The notes under the pieces: model-generated
Databases searched by the model: none
The model's input: the letters and a program-made list of their open reading frames with translations, nothing else
Told to the model about the DNA's origin: nothing
Part shown: positions 21,206 to 30,112 of the stretch, in pieces
How the letters are laid out: the number at the start of each line of letters is the position of its first letter
How positions within the stretch are numbered: position 1 is the first letter of the stretch
Made by a program: the position numbers and the translations under genes
Origin: Verrucomicrobiota bacterium
Lineage (GTDB): Bacteria; Verrucomicrobiota; Verrucomicrobiia; Limisphaerales; AAA164-E04
Reading direction: 5' to 3'
Length of the DNA stretch: 64,000 bases
Assembly (NCBI GenBank): GCA_047947115.1
Contig: CP170459.1
Location: 480,001-544,000, forward strand

Positions 21206-21223
21206 AGCAAATGCCATGCCAAA
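21206..21223 (-). promoter_or_regulatory. Putative sigma-54 promoter upstream of the pil operon
   Basis: TTTGGCATGGCATTTGCT matches the TGGCA-N6-TTGCW -24/-12 consensus; about 300 bp upstream of pilB. Confidence 0.6.
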
Positions 21224-21272
21224 CACAATCAAAACTCTCTCATCGCGTATAAGCGCTCCCTGGAATGACGAG

Positions 21273-24200
21273 TTACCGGAGTTCTTCAAACGTCCACGGG
21301 GTTTGACGCCCCCGGGTTTCGACTCGAACCCGCGACACTTCATCTGCAGAAATGGTCCCCCCATCATTCCCAAAGGAGCCGCGCAAGTAGCTCAACAAAG
21401 CGGCAAGCTGGGGATCTGACAATCCGGCAAAGGCTGGCATTTGAACGGGAGCCGAGGATCGAAACTGAACTCCATTGACTCGAATGGGACCCTCCAATCC
21501 GTGCAGCACAATACGAATCAGGGCATCCGAACTCCCCTGTACACGGTCACTTTTCGCCAAAGGCGGATAAACACCGGCAAGCCCCTTGCCGTCGGGTTGA
21601 TGGCAAGGCATGCAGGCCATCTCAAAAAGTACCTGCCCTTCGCCGGGCGGTTTTGGTGGATTACCGATGAGGTCTTTGAGGTAGTCCTTCTGGTTTTGAT
21701 GAGCCAGTTTCAGGGATCCCTCCCTCCATGCCTCCATCCATCCCGGCTGCAAGGCACGCACACTCTGCCGCAAGGCGTAATCCAGAAACTTGTCCGAAGC
21801 ATACTGCAATGCTTCGGTGGCAATCGAAACTCCCAACTCAGGCTCCAAAATACTACAGGCCACCACCCCTTCCAATCGAACTCGCGGATGATCGTCATGC
21901 ACCGCTTTCCTAAGCCATTTCGGAGATTGCTTCAATTGATGCGCCCACTCACCCGCTACACGCGCGCCATAAGCACGGACTCGAAAATCGGTCGAAGCAA
22001 GCAATCCATCCACCACACTTGCACGAGATGTCTCATGGGCCTGATACACACCAGTCAATTCAACGAGCAGTTGTCCGTTATGTTTAAGTTCACTCACGTT
22101 CGCTTCCAACCATCGATCCGCCGCGTCAATCACTGCCTCTGAAGGTTTGTCATACAAAAGGCGTTTGGATTGATAACGTGTCCACCGCTCAGGCGATTTC
22201 AGTTCATCCAGCAACTCCGAAATACTCATTCCTGCTAAATCAGGCTGGCGCACGGGTGCGTGTCGGGTGGATGAAATTCGCCAGATGCGGCCGTGATGCT
22301 TGTCACGTTTCGGATCCGCATAACTCGCCTGATAATGACCGATCACCTCATTATACCAATCCGCAAGATACATCGCCCCATCCGGTCCCATACTGACATC
22401 CACCGGACGAAAGGCGTTGTTGGTGGATCGCAGCACGCGTGGCAATTGCGTGGTTTTGAATCCCGCTCCGTCATCTTCCAGCCGGTGCAATTCAACCACT
22501 GAACCAAAATACCCGCCAATGAGAGCAGTCCCCTGTATCTCATCTGGCATGGCCTGAGTTCCGACAATGTCGATGGATGTGGTCTTGGGGGATGTTTCGA
22601 AAATCGCACCGACCGAGTGATATTGTTCGGGGGAATTGGCGTAGGATTGATTGGCCACCTCCCGTGAACCACTCCCCATGGGACTCGCGCCACGCACCAT
22701 GCCGGGCACCGTCCAATACCCATGAGGACGATCACCCGTCTTATGAAACACCTGGCCAAAATCGTCATACACAACGCCCCAGCAATTCGCCCCAGCCATG
22801 CCGCCGCCAAAGAAGCCATCCAAGCGCAACGTCCGGGGACGCAAGCGCCAAACTGCCGCCCGGTCCAGCCGTTTGATCCCCCAAGGAGATTCCACTTGAG
22901 ACATGGCATGCAATCCCTGTGTAAACCAAAGGCTGCCATCCATTCCGTGTGAAATGGAATTGATCAACTGATGCGTGTCTCCCACACCGAAACCAGAAAA
23001 CAAAATATGCCGCTCATCAGCCCGGTCGTCTCCGTCAATGTCTTTCAAAAAAACCAACTGATCGAAATCACAGACATAAAGTCCATCCGGGCCCGGTTCC
23101 AGCCCTTGGATCATGTTCAGACCTTCCGCATACCTCCAATGCCGATCGGCTTTACCATCATGATCCACATCCTCCAACACCACCACGTAATCCGAAGCGG
23201 GCATACTGGCCAACGACTGAGGGTAAGCAGGCGAACAAGCAACGTACAATCGACCGCGTTCATCCCAGGCAATCTGAATCGGATTCACGACGTCCTGTTC
23301 TTCCGAAGCAAAAAGATTAACCTGGTAACCATCATCAGGCTCAAACGTTTCGAGCTGCTCCTCGGGCGTCAACGCGACCGGTGAAACACGCGCTTCGGCC
23401 ATCGAATACAAGGCAGGGACCTCAACCGCTTCACCCTTTACCAAGCGAGTGATCACGTCATCAAATCGATCGATCATCGGGCGGCGCTGCTTGAAAGAGC
23501 CATGCAGAGATGGCAACCCACCCGCCGCACTCCCGAACAACTGGGACACCCGATCACCATAGGCAAAGGACCAATTGGCAGGACGCCATGCGTCAAACCA
23601 CAAACGGTTTTTGGCCGCAATGATGGGTTTCAAGGCATCGAGATTGGAACCCTCTGATTCAGCGCCCAATTGCTGAGCGACGATGCTCCCCACGATTTCC
23701 AGACCTTCAGGTGTCAGGTGAATACCATCCTCGGTTAGCCGATCACCATTCTTGGGAAGCCGGCTTAACGGCCCCACCAAATCCACAAAAACCGCCTGCC
23801 GTTCCCGTGCAATCTCCCAAACCGCATCGGCATAAGCAGCAACATCCCGATTGCGCTGGGTCAGGTCAGGCGCATGCGAAGCCAGAGGTTTTTCAAAAGG
23901 CATCGGAGAAACCAGAACACATCGCCGAGTCTGCACCGAAAATTCATCCAGCAGCCGATGATAGGCGGCCTTGAATTCAGGCAACCTTTCCACTCCATCA
24001 AAAACCTCCATCTGCCCGAACTGAATGATCAGAACCCCCGCTTCCGCAGTCTGAAGTTGTTCCTTCCAGCCACCGAAATGCAGATCACGCCACTGTTCAT
24101 AAACCGTATCCGCCTCCCAGGCCATCGAACGAAAACGCAACCCCGCCTGAGGAAAACCAGCCACCAACCGGGATTCCAAACTGCCCGCCTTTTGTTCGCG

Positions 24201-25022
24201 CACGAAGTTTTCCTGACCGATCAGGACCACCACCTCACCGGGTTCGGGAAGAAAAGTCGCATCCGTGAAAGGAGCTTTCGACACCATCGGCTGCCCATCC
24301 CCGAACCGACTGTAAACAACTCCATCCGGTGGAATCGAAGGAGCGGGTAATGTTTCAATCTCAATGTTTCGAAATGAAATCTCTGCCTTGCAATTCCCAT
24401 GAATCTGAAGCGCTATTTTTCCATCCAATGGAATGTCAAGATCACTCTCAACATACGTCACCGTATGCACTCCGTTCAGGAACAACTTCACCACACCTCC
24501 CTCTGCAATGATTTCGTAGGTATTCCAATCACCGGGTTTCTCAATGGACCGAATCCGCTCCTTGTCAGCGGTTGCCAACATGGTGCGTCGGCGCGACTCA
24601 TCATACAAACTCCCCGACCACCCTGCGCCAATATCCGCTTGGTAGCCGATCATCTCGTTGGCGGGCTCTGCGATCCGCTTGCTGCGGAACTGCACCCCGC
24701 CATTCACGAACCCTTCCGTTCCCACCAGCTTGTATTCCAGCGTCAGACGAAAATGATCAAACGACTTCTTGGTGGCCAAAAACTCATTCTGAGGATTCCC
24801 ATTCAATGAACCGCCAACAATCACCCCGTTCTCAATCCGCCAGACCTTCTTCGTATCCCCCTCCCAACCCGAAAATGATTTGCCGTCAAACAAGGACATC
24901 TTCTGCCCCAATACAGGGCAGATCATCGAAACAAAAAAACACAACAGGAACGGACGTAATAACACGGACCAAACCGGACGATTCGAAAAGGGGAACACTT
25001 GCATCGTTCTCATGACATTCAA
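21273..25022 (-). CDS. Exported multidomain protein: DUF1080 + SGNH-like + PVC-type membrane-bound dehydrogenase propeller + HEAT + cytochrome c
   Basis: SLFDGKSFSGWEG/NGGVQFRS/GKIALQIH (DUF1080); LTEDGIHL (SGNH); LFASE..VNPIQIAWDERGRL, FRPVDVSMGPDGAMY..DW; CMPCH heme motif. Confidence 0.8.
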   Translation of the reverse strand: MNVMRTMQVFPFSNRPVWSVLLRPFLLCFFVSMICPVLGQKMSLFDGKSFSGWEGDTKKVWRIENGVIVGGSLNGNPQNEFLATKKSFDHFRLTLEYKLVGTEGFVNGGVQFRSKRIAEPANEMIGYQADIGAGWSGSLYDESRRRTMLATADKERIRSIEKPGDWNTYEIIAEGGVVKLFLNGVHTVTYVESDLDIPLDGKIALQIHGNCKAEISFRNIEIETLPAPSIPPDGVVYSRFGDGQPMVSKAPFTDATFLPEPGEVVVLIGQENFVREQKAGSLESRLVAGFPQAGLRFRSMAWEADTVYEQWRDLHFGGWKEQLQTAEAGVLIIQFGQMEVFDGVERLPEFKAAYHRLLDEFSVQTRRCVLVSPMPFEKPLASHAPDLTQRNRDVAAYADAVWEIARERQAVFVDLVGPLSRLPKNGDRLTEDGIHLTPEGLEIVGSIVAQQLGAESEGSNLDALKPIIAAKNRLWFDAWRPANWSFAYGDRVSQLFGSAAGGLPSLHGSFKQRRPMIDRFDDVITRLVKGEAVEVPALYSMAEARVSPVALTPEEQLETFEPDDGYQVNLFASEEQDVVNPIQIAWDERGRLYVACSPAYPQSLASMPASDYVVVLEDVDHDGKADRHWRYAEGLNMIQGLEPGPDGLYVCDFDQLVFLKDIDGDDRADERHILFSGFGVGDTHQLINSISHGMDGSLWFTQGLHAMSQVESPWGIKRLDRAAVWRLRPRTLRLDGFFGGGMAGANCWGVVYDDFGQVFHKTGDRPHGYWTVPGMVRGASPMGSGSREVANQSYANSPEQYHSVGAIFETSPKTTSIDIVGTQAMPDEIQGTALIGGYFGSVVELHRLEDDGAGFKTTQLPRVLRSTNNAFRPVDVSMGPDGAMYLADWYNEVIGHYQASYADPKRDKHHGRIWRISSTRHAPVRQPDLAGMSISELLDELKSPERWTRYQSKRLLYDKPSEAVIDAADRWLEANVSELKHNGQLLVELTGVYQAHETSRASVVDGLLASTDFRVRAYGARVAGEWAHQLKQSPKWLRKAVHDDHPRVRLEGVVACSILEPELGVSIATEALQYASDKFLDYALRQSVRALQPGWMEAWREGSLKLAHQNQKDYLKDLIGNPPKPPGEGQVLFEMACMPCHQPDGKGLAGVYPPLAKSDRVQGSSDALIRIVLHGLEGPIRVNGVQFRSSAPVQMPAFAGLSDPQLAALLSYLRGSFGNDGGTISADEVSRVRVETRGRQTPWTFEELR

Positions 25023-25125
25023 GGATGCACCGATATTGACCCCACTCCAGCCGATGACAAGCGGAAACCATCCCTACAACCAACACTTACTCCTCAGTTG
25101 TAAAAAATGAAACGTTTCATACTCT

Positions 25126-26199
25126 TTAGCGGAACTGAGGTTTTTGCCCTGGCTCGACTATAATGGGCTCCATTCCAGGCATGAACAGTTCTCCGGTCGC
25201 CTTGTCGTAGAATCTTCCGTCCTCACCCAGCACCAACACCTCCGGCATTCCTTCTGAGCTGTTCACGAGAACCGGGCGATGAGTTTTACGAACGTATTCT
25301 TCGTACGCCTCCACGTAACCTTCTTTGGGGATCAACAATTGATCGCCAGGGTTAAGAGCTTCCTGATGATCTATGGAAAAGGCAAATTGGTTCTCAAATG
25401 ACAAGGATTCAAACCCTTCTGCCGAGATGGCAGAAATGATGTAATCGGCCAATTCCCACGCACGTTCGGCAGTCATTTGCGGTTTGGAAGGCCATTCGCT
25501 TTCCTGAAATAAGCTGAAAGCAATTCCTTCGCGAGCACAGCTTTTGTAGTCGCCCCATGTTGTTTTTCCATTTACTGGAACATGCTGGATTTCAACACTC
25601 CCTTTTTCTTCATTGTAGATCGGCATTGTTTTAGTAATGAGATCCTCTGGGTGATGTCGAGACGCTTCATGATACGTAATCAAATCATTGAATATCTCCG
25701 CAACAACAATGGAGTTCTCATTTCGATTAAATTCGCCTAATACGTGATAAAGTTGCTCGAACTCCTTTGTATAACGAGCTGGATTATCATGAAAAGCCAT
25801 TAAAAAGCCGTGGTTTACCACCGTATGTCTATAGCTTTCATGCTTTATAGAAGCTTCAGGATCATCAGGTGCATCCCAAGTTGAGGCATTATTTGCATCG
25901 AAAATGGTTGGATTGTGCCGGAGAGTTGGATGGTAGCGCGGTTTGAAAGGGAAGTTCCGTTTCCAGTTTTCCAAACGTTCCTGCTCTTCATGGTGAGGCG
26001 GTTTTGCATGAGTGACCTTGGCTACCAAGGGATGGGAATCCTGATAACCATGACCGGATTCAGATAGATTTGGATTAAGGGTTTCTTTTGGCTCCGGATG
26101 TTTACTTGCCTCTTCTTGTTCAGATTGATTAAGCGTTTCCCACAGGATAGCCAGCAATATGACAGCCAGCACCAAATTCATCCAATTCCAGCGTTTCAT
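25126..26199 (-). CDS. Hypothetical membrane-anchored protein
   Basis: 357-aa ORF with an N-terminal hydrophobic helix; no recognised family. Confidence 0.6.
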   Translation of the reverse strand: MKRWNWMNLVLAVILLAILWETLNQSEQEEASKHPEPKETLNPNLSESGHGYQDSHPLVAKVTHAKPPHHEEQERLENWKRNFPFKPRYHPTLRHNPTIFDANNASTWDAPDDPEASIKHESYRHTVVNHGFLMAFHDNPARYTKEFEQLYHVLGEFNRNENSIVVAEIFNDLITYHEASRHHPEDLITKTMPIYNEEKGSVEIQHVPVNGKTTWGDYKSCAREGIAFSLFQESEWPSKPQMTAERAWELADYIISAISAEGFESLSFENQFAFSIDHQEALNPGDQLLIPKEGYVEAYEEYVRKTHRPVLVNSSEGMPEVLVLGEDGRFYDKATGELFMPGMEPIIVEPGQKPQFR

Positions 26200-26207
26200 T
26201 GTTTTTC

Positions 26208-27110
26208 TTAATTACCGGATTCTTCTCTGACTCGGTAAATCTCACGAATAGTTACGGGAGCGCCTCCTGTCGGCACTCCTACCGGGACGGGTTGAATCAT
26301 TGAGCTATGTACTGTCGCCTCCAATTGTTTGTCCCAATCTCGCTTCACCCAGCCAAAAGCATCCGGCCCCTCCATCATCCATTGCTGACTTCCAAGAAGC
26401 GCTAACTGAGTATTGTCGTCAGCAATTGCGCTTAGACGTTTGGTTGATTTCCTCTGTTTATTATCCGGTGTAAATACCATTCCATCATTTTTCGTGTAGC
26501 TGAGTTGATATACTTTGTACCGCACTTCAACGGTGTGTTGCCCAGGTTCTCTCAACCGGTCATCAGGGCCGCTCTGCATGGAATAATTAGAGCACACCCT
26601 GTGTTTGGTATTGCTTTTCTTGGTGGTCGCCCAAATGACGTAGCTCATGTGATGTTCTAGGTAGAAATCGGGTTCGTACCAGCGATCACCCACCATGGTG
26701 CGCGATGACACAAAATGACTGGGATCTTCCGGATCTCTGAAATATACCGTGAGATCATAATATTCGAAATTAGCAGGATAATAGCGATGGTCGGTGGTGA
26801 ATTCTCCTTTATTGATGGATACAGGGTCGCTTTGCCAACCGTTGATGGTGGTTTTTTGATCGTATACCAGCTTTTCACCATACCAACCCTTCTGGTGTGA
26901 TTCGCTGGCATCGATAACCACTGCTCCGGCGGAAGCGGTCCCAACAGCATCAAATCCATCGTCACCTATGTTCGTGAGATATTTGATGCCGTCATAGATG
27001 GCTTTCTCCACCAATCCCCTGACGGTCACAGCGTGCAGGGAGGTAAAGTTAGAAGTAATCACCAACATCAACAGGACGATGGGCCATTTAAGAATTCTTT
27101 GTTTTTTCAT
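26208..27110 (-). CDS. Hypothetical secreted protein
   Basis: Probable start 27110 (AAGGAAAG RBS; MKKQRILKWPIVLLMLVITSNFTSLHA signal peptide); no recognised family. Confidence 0.6.
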   Translation of the reverse strand: MKKQRILKWPIVLLMLVITSNFTSLHAVTVRGLVEKAIYDGIKYLTNIGDDGFDAVGTASAGAVVIDASESHQKGWYGEKLVYDQKTTINGWQSDPVSINKGEFTTDHRYYPANFEYYDLTVYFRDPEDPSHFVSSRTMVGDRWYEPDFYLEHHMSYVIWATTKKSNTKHRVCSNYSMQSGPDDRLREPGQHTVEVRYKVYQLSYTKNDGMVFTPDNKQRKSTKRLSAIADDNTQLALLGSQQWMMEGPDAFGWVKRDWDKQLEATVHSSMIQPVPVGVPTGGAPVTIREIYRVREESGN

Positions 27111-27419
27111 AGTTTGATCTTTCCTTGAATATTCGGAGTAGCGAACAAGTGGTCTTTCACATTTTGAACCTTCAAAAACGAGGTTTGCTGCTTGAATAAC
27201 GATGATATAATCCTTTGATAACAAACATGAATCAACCAGAATCGGGCATAAAAAAACGACAAAAGCTCCAAATTTCCGACATGTGAGTACTTTATTTCCC
27301 ACCAAGTGCCGAACAGGTTCTCAATCGGATTCCTTCGCCATTTGCCTTGATGCCAATCATTTGGTTTCGATAGGGTTTGGAGGTAGTGGATGCGCGGAAT
27401 AGCGCAGTGAGCTTAACTA

Positions 27420-27959
27420 ATGAAAACGCAAGACATGCATATCGGAATGCACGTCACCCACCCGGATCTTGGCGTGGGTGAAGTCGTGAGCCTTGGCCGT
27501 GGAATGGCCGAAATCCAATTTGAATCGGGGAGTCGCGAAATCAGCCCCGAAAACAGCAGCATCGAACCTCTCCAATCAGAGGCCCACCTCAACGGACTCA
27601 AGATGCCTCTGGAAGAATTGATCGCTCATGTCGCGCAGTCCACAGTCGATGCACTCGATCTGGAACGTCCGGGTGGAGTTGTGGAAGAGTTGGCCCAACG
27701 CTGGCAAGACGGTAAAATGGTGTTGCACCCCAAAGATCCAAACCTTCAGCCCAAGGAGGTGGAACTGGAAACCTTCTTCCACAAAATCGTCATGATGCGA
27801 AACAACCTCCGCGTGCTGGAACAAAAGGTCAACAACTCCAAACAACTCAGCGAAGCAGACAAGTTCGACATCCAGCAGTACATTTCGCGCTGCTATGGAT
27901 CCATGACCACTTTCAACGTCCTTTTCCGGCACAAAGAAGATCAGTTCCGTTCAAAATAA
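27420..27959 (+). CDS. Hypothetical protein with N-terminal Tudor/SH3-like segment
   Basis: HVTHPDLGVGEVV N-terminus; FFHKIVMMRNNLRVLEQKVN...QQYISRCYGSMTTFNVLF; coding-like composition. Confidence 0.7.
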   Translation: MKTQDMHIGMHVTHPDLGVGEVVSLGRGMAEIQFESGSREISPENSSIEPLQSEAHLNGLKMPLEELIAHVAQSTVDALDLERPGGVVEELAQRWQDGKMVLHPKDPNLQPKEVELETFFHKIVMMRNNLRVLEQKVNNSKQLSEADKFDIQQYISRCYGSMTTFNVLFRHKEDQFRSK

Positions 27960-27963
27960 GTCC

Positions 27964-28138
27964 AGGGTAGGACGTGACAGCTTGTCCGGCGACTGCGTGG
28001 ATCCCCGACGCGTCGCCTTGTGGTGTTCTTAAGCTAATATGCCTCCCGCTTGGGAAGCCTGCAGCAATAGGAATCCCATCATCTGTTCCCGAACAAGAAA
28101 CAGGAGGCGGTGGGTTTTTGTTCACGAAAGGCTACCCT
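27964..28138 (-). ncRNA. Structured RNA, probable 6S RNA
   Basis: 175-nt rod: closing stem AGGGTAG/CTACCCT plus CGTGA/TCACG, large A/C-rich bubble with a side hairpin (27988-28017), apical stem GCCTCCTGTTT/AAGCGGGAGGC whose G-U pairs only work on the minus strand; lies between convergent genes downstream of rarA. Confidence 0.55.
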
Positions 28139-28185
28139 TCTCAATGCAAATGACATTGGAAATCCCTCAAGGGCGCGACGGGACG

Positions 28186-28563
28186 TCACGATCTACCTTT
28201 TGGCGTATCGCCATGAAAACATGTCCTCGGTTCAAACCCAGCCTGACGCATGTATCCCTGCCATTCCGGACCGTGGGGTTCGATGCCCAGGCCGTATCGA
28301 CGAAACGCCATCCAGTGCGCGCATTCATGACAAAGAGTTTCGGTCAACAACGCTTCCTTCCCTTCCTGAAGCAATTGGCCATTCAGAAAAATGGTGTCGG
28401 AGGCAAAATGACAACGTCCCATATCGGGTTCATCCGGTGACATGAACTCAATATTCAAGGTTTTCGGCAATAGCGAATACCCCCAAATCACGGACCATTC
28501 TTTCACTTGATCGAACACATGCTCCAAAGTCAGCTGTAAGCGATCCGCACCCTGTTTGCTCAT
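28186..28563 (-). CDS. SprT-like zinc metalloprotease domain protein
   Basis: ETLCHECAH (HExxH) and PHGPEW motifs; ATGA overlap with rarA. Confidence 0.75.
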   Translation of the reverse strand: MSKQGADRLQLTLEHVFDQVKEWSVIWGYSLLPKTLNIEFMSPDEPDMGRCHFASDTIFLNGQLLQEGKEALLTETLCHECAHWMAFRRYGLGIEPHGPEWQGYMRQAGFEPRTCFHGDTPKGRS

Positions 28564-29963
28564 TTGTCCGCCTTCCCCTTCGATTGCCGCATCTTCCGAA
28601 ACTGTTCCCTCCAGGCAAGCACCCGATCACGAATCTTACGTTCCATGCCCTGTTCCGTAGGTTCGTAGTAGGTACGTTCCACCCCCAGGTATTCCTGCGC
28701 CACGAAATGACCGGGATAATCATGGGCATATTGATAGTCCTTGCCATGTTCCAATCGTTTGGCGCCCGGATAATGGGCATCGCGTAAATGGACGGGCACC
28801 GGTATGGTTTTACCGGATCGCACATCCGCCAGAGCTTTATCGATGGCGTTCATGGCGCTGTTGCTTTTATTGGCGGAGGCGATGTAGATCACCGCTTCCG
28901 CAATGGGGATGCGGGCTTCCGGCCATCCGATAATTCCCACTGTCTCGTGCGCGGCATGTGCCAGCACCAGAGCCATGGGATCGGCCAACCCCACATCTTC
29001 GGCGGCGCAGATCATCACGCGCCGAGTGATGAACCTTGGATCCTCACCCGCATGAATCATCTTGGCCAGCCAGTAAAGGGCGGCATCAGGATCGCCCCCT
29101 CGCATGGATTTGATAAATGCCGAAATCGTGTCGTAATGAGCATCCCCATCGCCATCGTAAACCACCGCTTTCTTCTGAATGCACTCTTCAGCGGCAGCAA
29201 GATCGATTTGAACCATCCCGTCTTCACCGGCAGGCGTTGTGAGAGCGGCAATCTCCAAAGAATTCAGGGCCTTGCGGGCATCTCCATCAGCTAATTTGGC
29301 CAGATGATGCAAGGCTTCGTCATCCACTCGGAGCGGCATCTCCCCCAGTCCTCTTTCCTTATCGGCAAGGGCGTGCTGAAGCAACTGCAACACCGATGCT
29401 TCTGACAGCGGCTGAAGTTCAAATATCTGCGACCGGGACACAAGAGGGGAGTTGACAAAGAAAAAGGGATTGTGCGTGGTCGCTCCGATCAACTTGATGA
29501 CCCCACTTTCCACATCCGGCAATAAAACGTCCTGTTGCGATTTGTTGAACCGGTGAATTTCATCCACAAACAAAAGAGTGGATCTGCCCGTGTTGGCCAA
29601 TCGATTGGCCGCGCTGGCCAGGACGCGACGCATCTCGGCGACATTGGATTCGACCCCGCTGATCCGTTCGAAAAATGCCTGGGTTCGATGGGCGATGATT
29701 TGGGCCAGGGTCGTCTTCCCTGTGCCCGGAGGGCCATAGAGAATCAAGGATTGAATCCGATCCGCTTCAATCGCCCGACGCAGGAGTTTTCCTTCAGCAA
29801 GAATATGTTCCTGACCGGCGTATTCCTCCAGCGAACGCGGACGCATCCGCGCCGCCAATGGCGCGGATGCCGCGTCCATAGGACTTGTATCCGGAACGGC
29901 CGATTTCGATGATGAAACGGATTTCGGATCCGGACTGGATTGAAACAAATCCCCCTGACTCAT
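28560..29963 (-). CDS. rarA: Replication-associated recombination protein A (AAA+)
   Basis: PLAARMRP, GPPGTGKT, DEIHRFNKSQQD, HYDTISAFIKSMRGGDPDAA, AEDVGLADP, VPVHLRD; probable start 29963. Confidence 0.93.
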   Translation of the reverse strand: MSQGDLFQSSPDPKSVSSSKSAVPDTSPMDAASAPLAARMRPRSLEEYAGQEHILAEGKLLRRAIEADRIQSLILYGPPGTGKTTLAQIIAHRTQAFFERISGVESNVAEMRRVLASAANRLANTGRSTLLFVDEIHRFNKSQQDVLLPDVESGVIKLIGATTHNPFFFVNSPLVSRSQIFELQPLSEASVLQLLQHALADKERGLGEMPLRVDDEALHHLAKLADGDARKALNSLEIAALTTPAGEDGMVQIDLAAAEECIQKKAVVYDGDGDAHYDTISAFIKSMRGGDPDAALYWLAKMIHAGEDPRFITRRVMICAAEDVGLADPMALVLAHAAHETVGIIGWPEARIPIAEAVIYIASANKSNSAMNAIDKALADVRSGKTIPVPVHLRDAHYPGAKRLEHGKDYQYAHDYPGHFVAQEYLGVERTYYEPTEQGMERKIRDRVLAWREQFRKMRQSKGKADK

Positions 29964-30112
29964 GGGACGAGTATAGGGGGCAACCTTGGAGGAGCAATGC
30001 CGGAAGCGGGACTTACACCCAAAATCTTTCGGGAGCATCTTTTCACAGGGCCGGAATGGAGCGAGTGGATACTATCGTAAACCTTTTGCTGGTGATCTCG
30101 GTCATTTGAATT

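Noticed and set aside
21312..21332. GGGTTTCGACTCGAACCC resembling a tRNA T-arm
   Set aside because: Inside a CDS; no cloverleaf can be built
27961..28140. Riboswitch or retron msr-msd reading of the structured region
   Set aside because: It lies at the 3' ends of both neighbours, lacks riboswitch cores I recognise, and no reverse transcriptase is in the window
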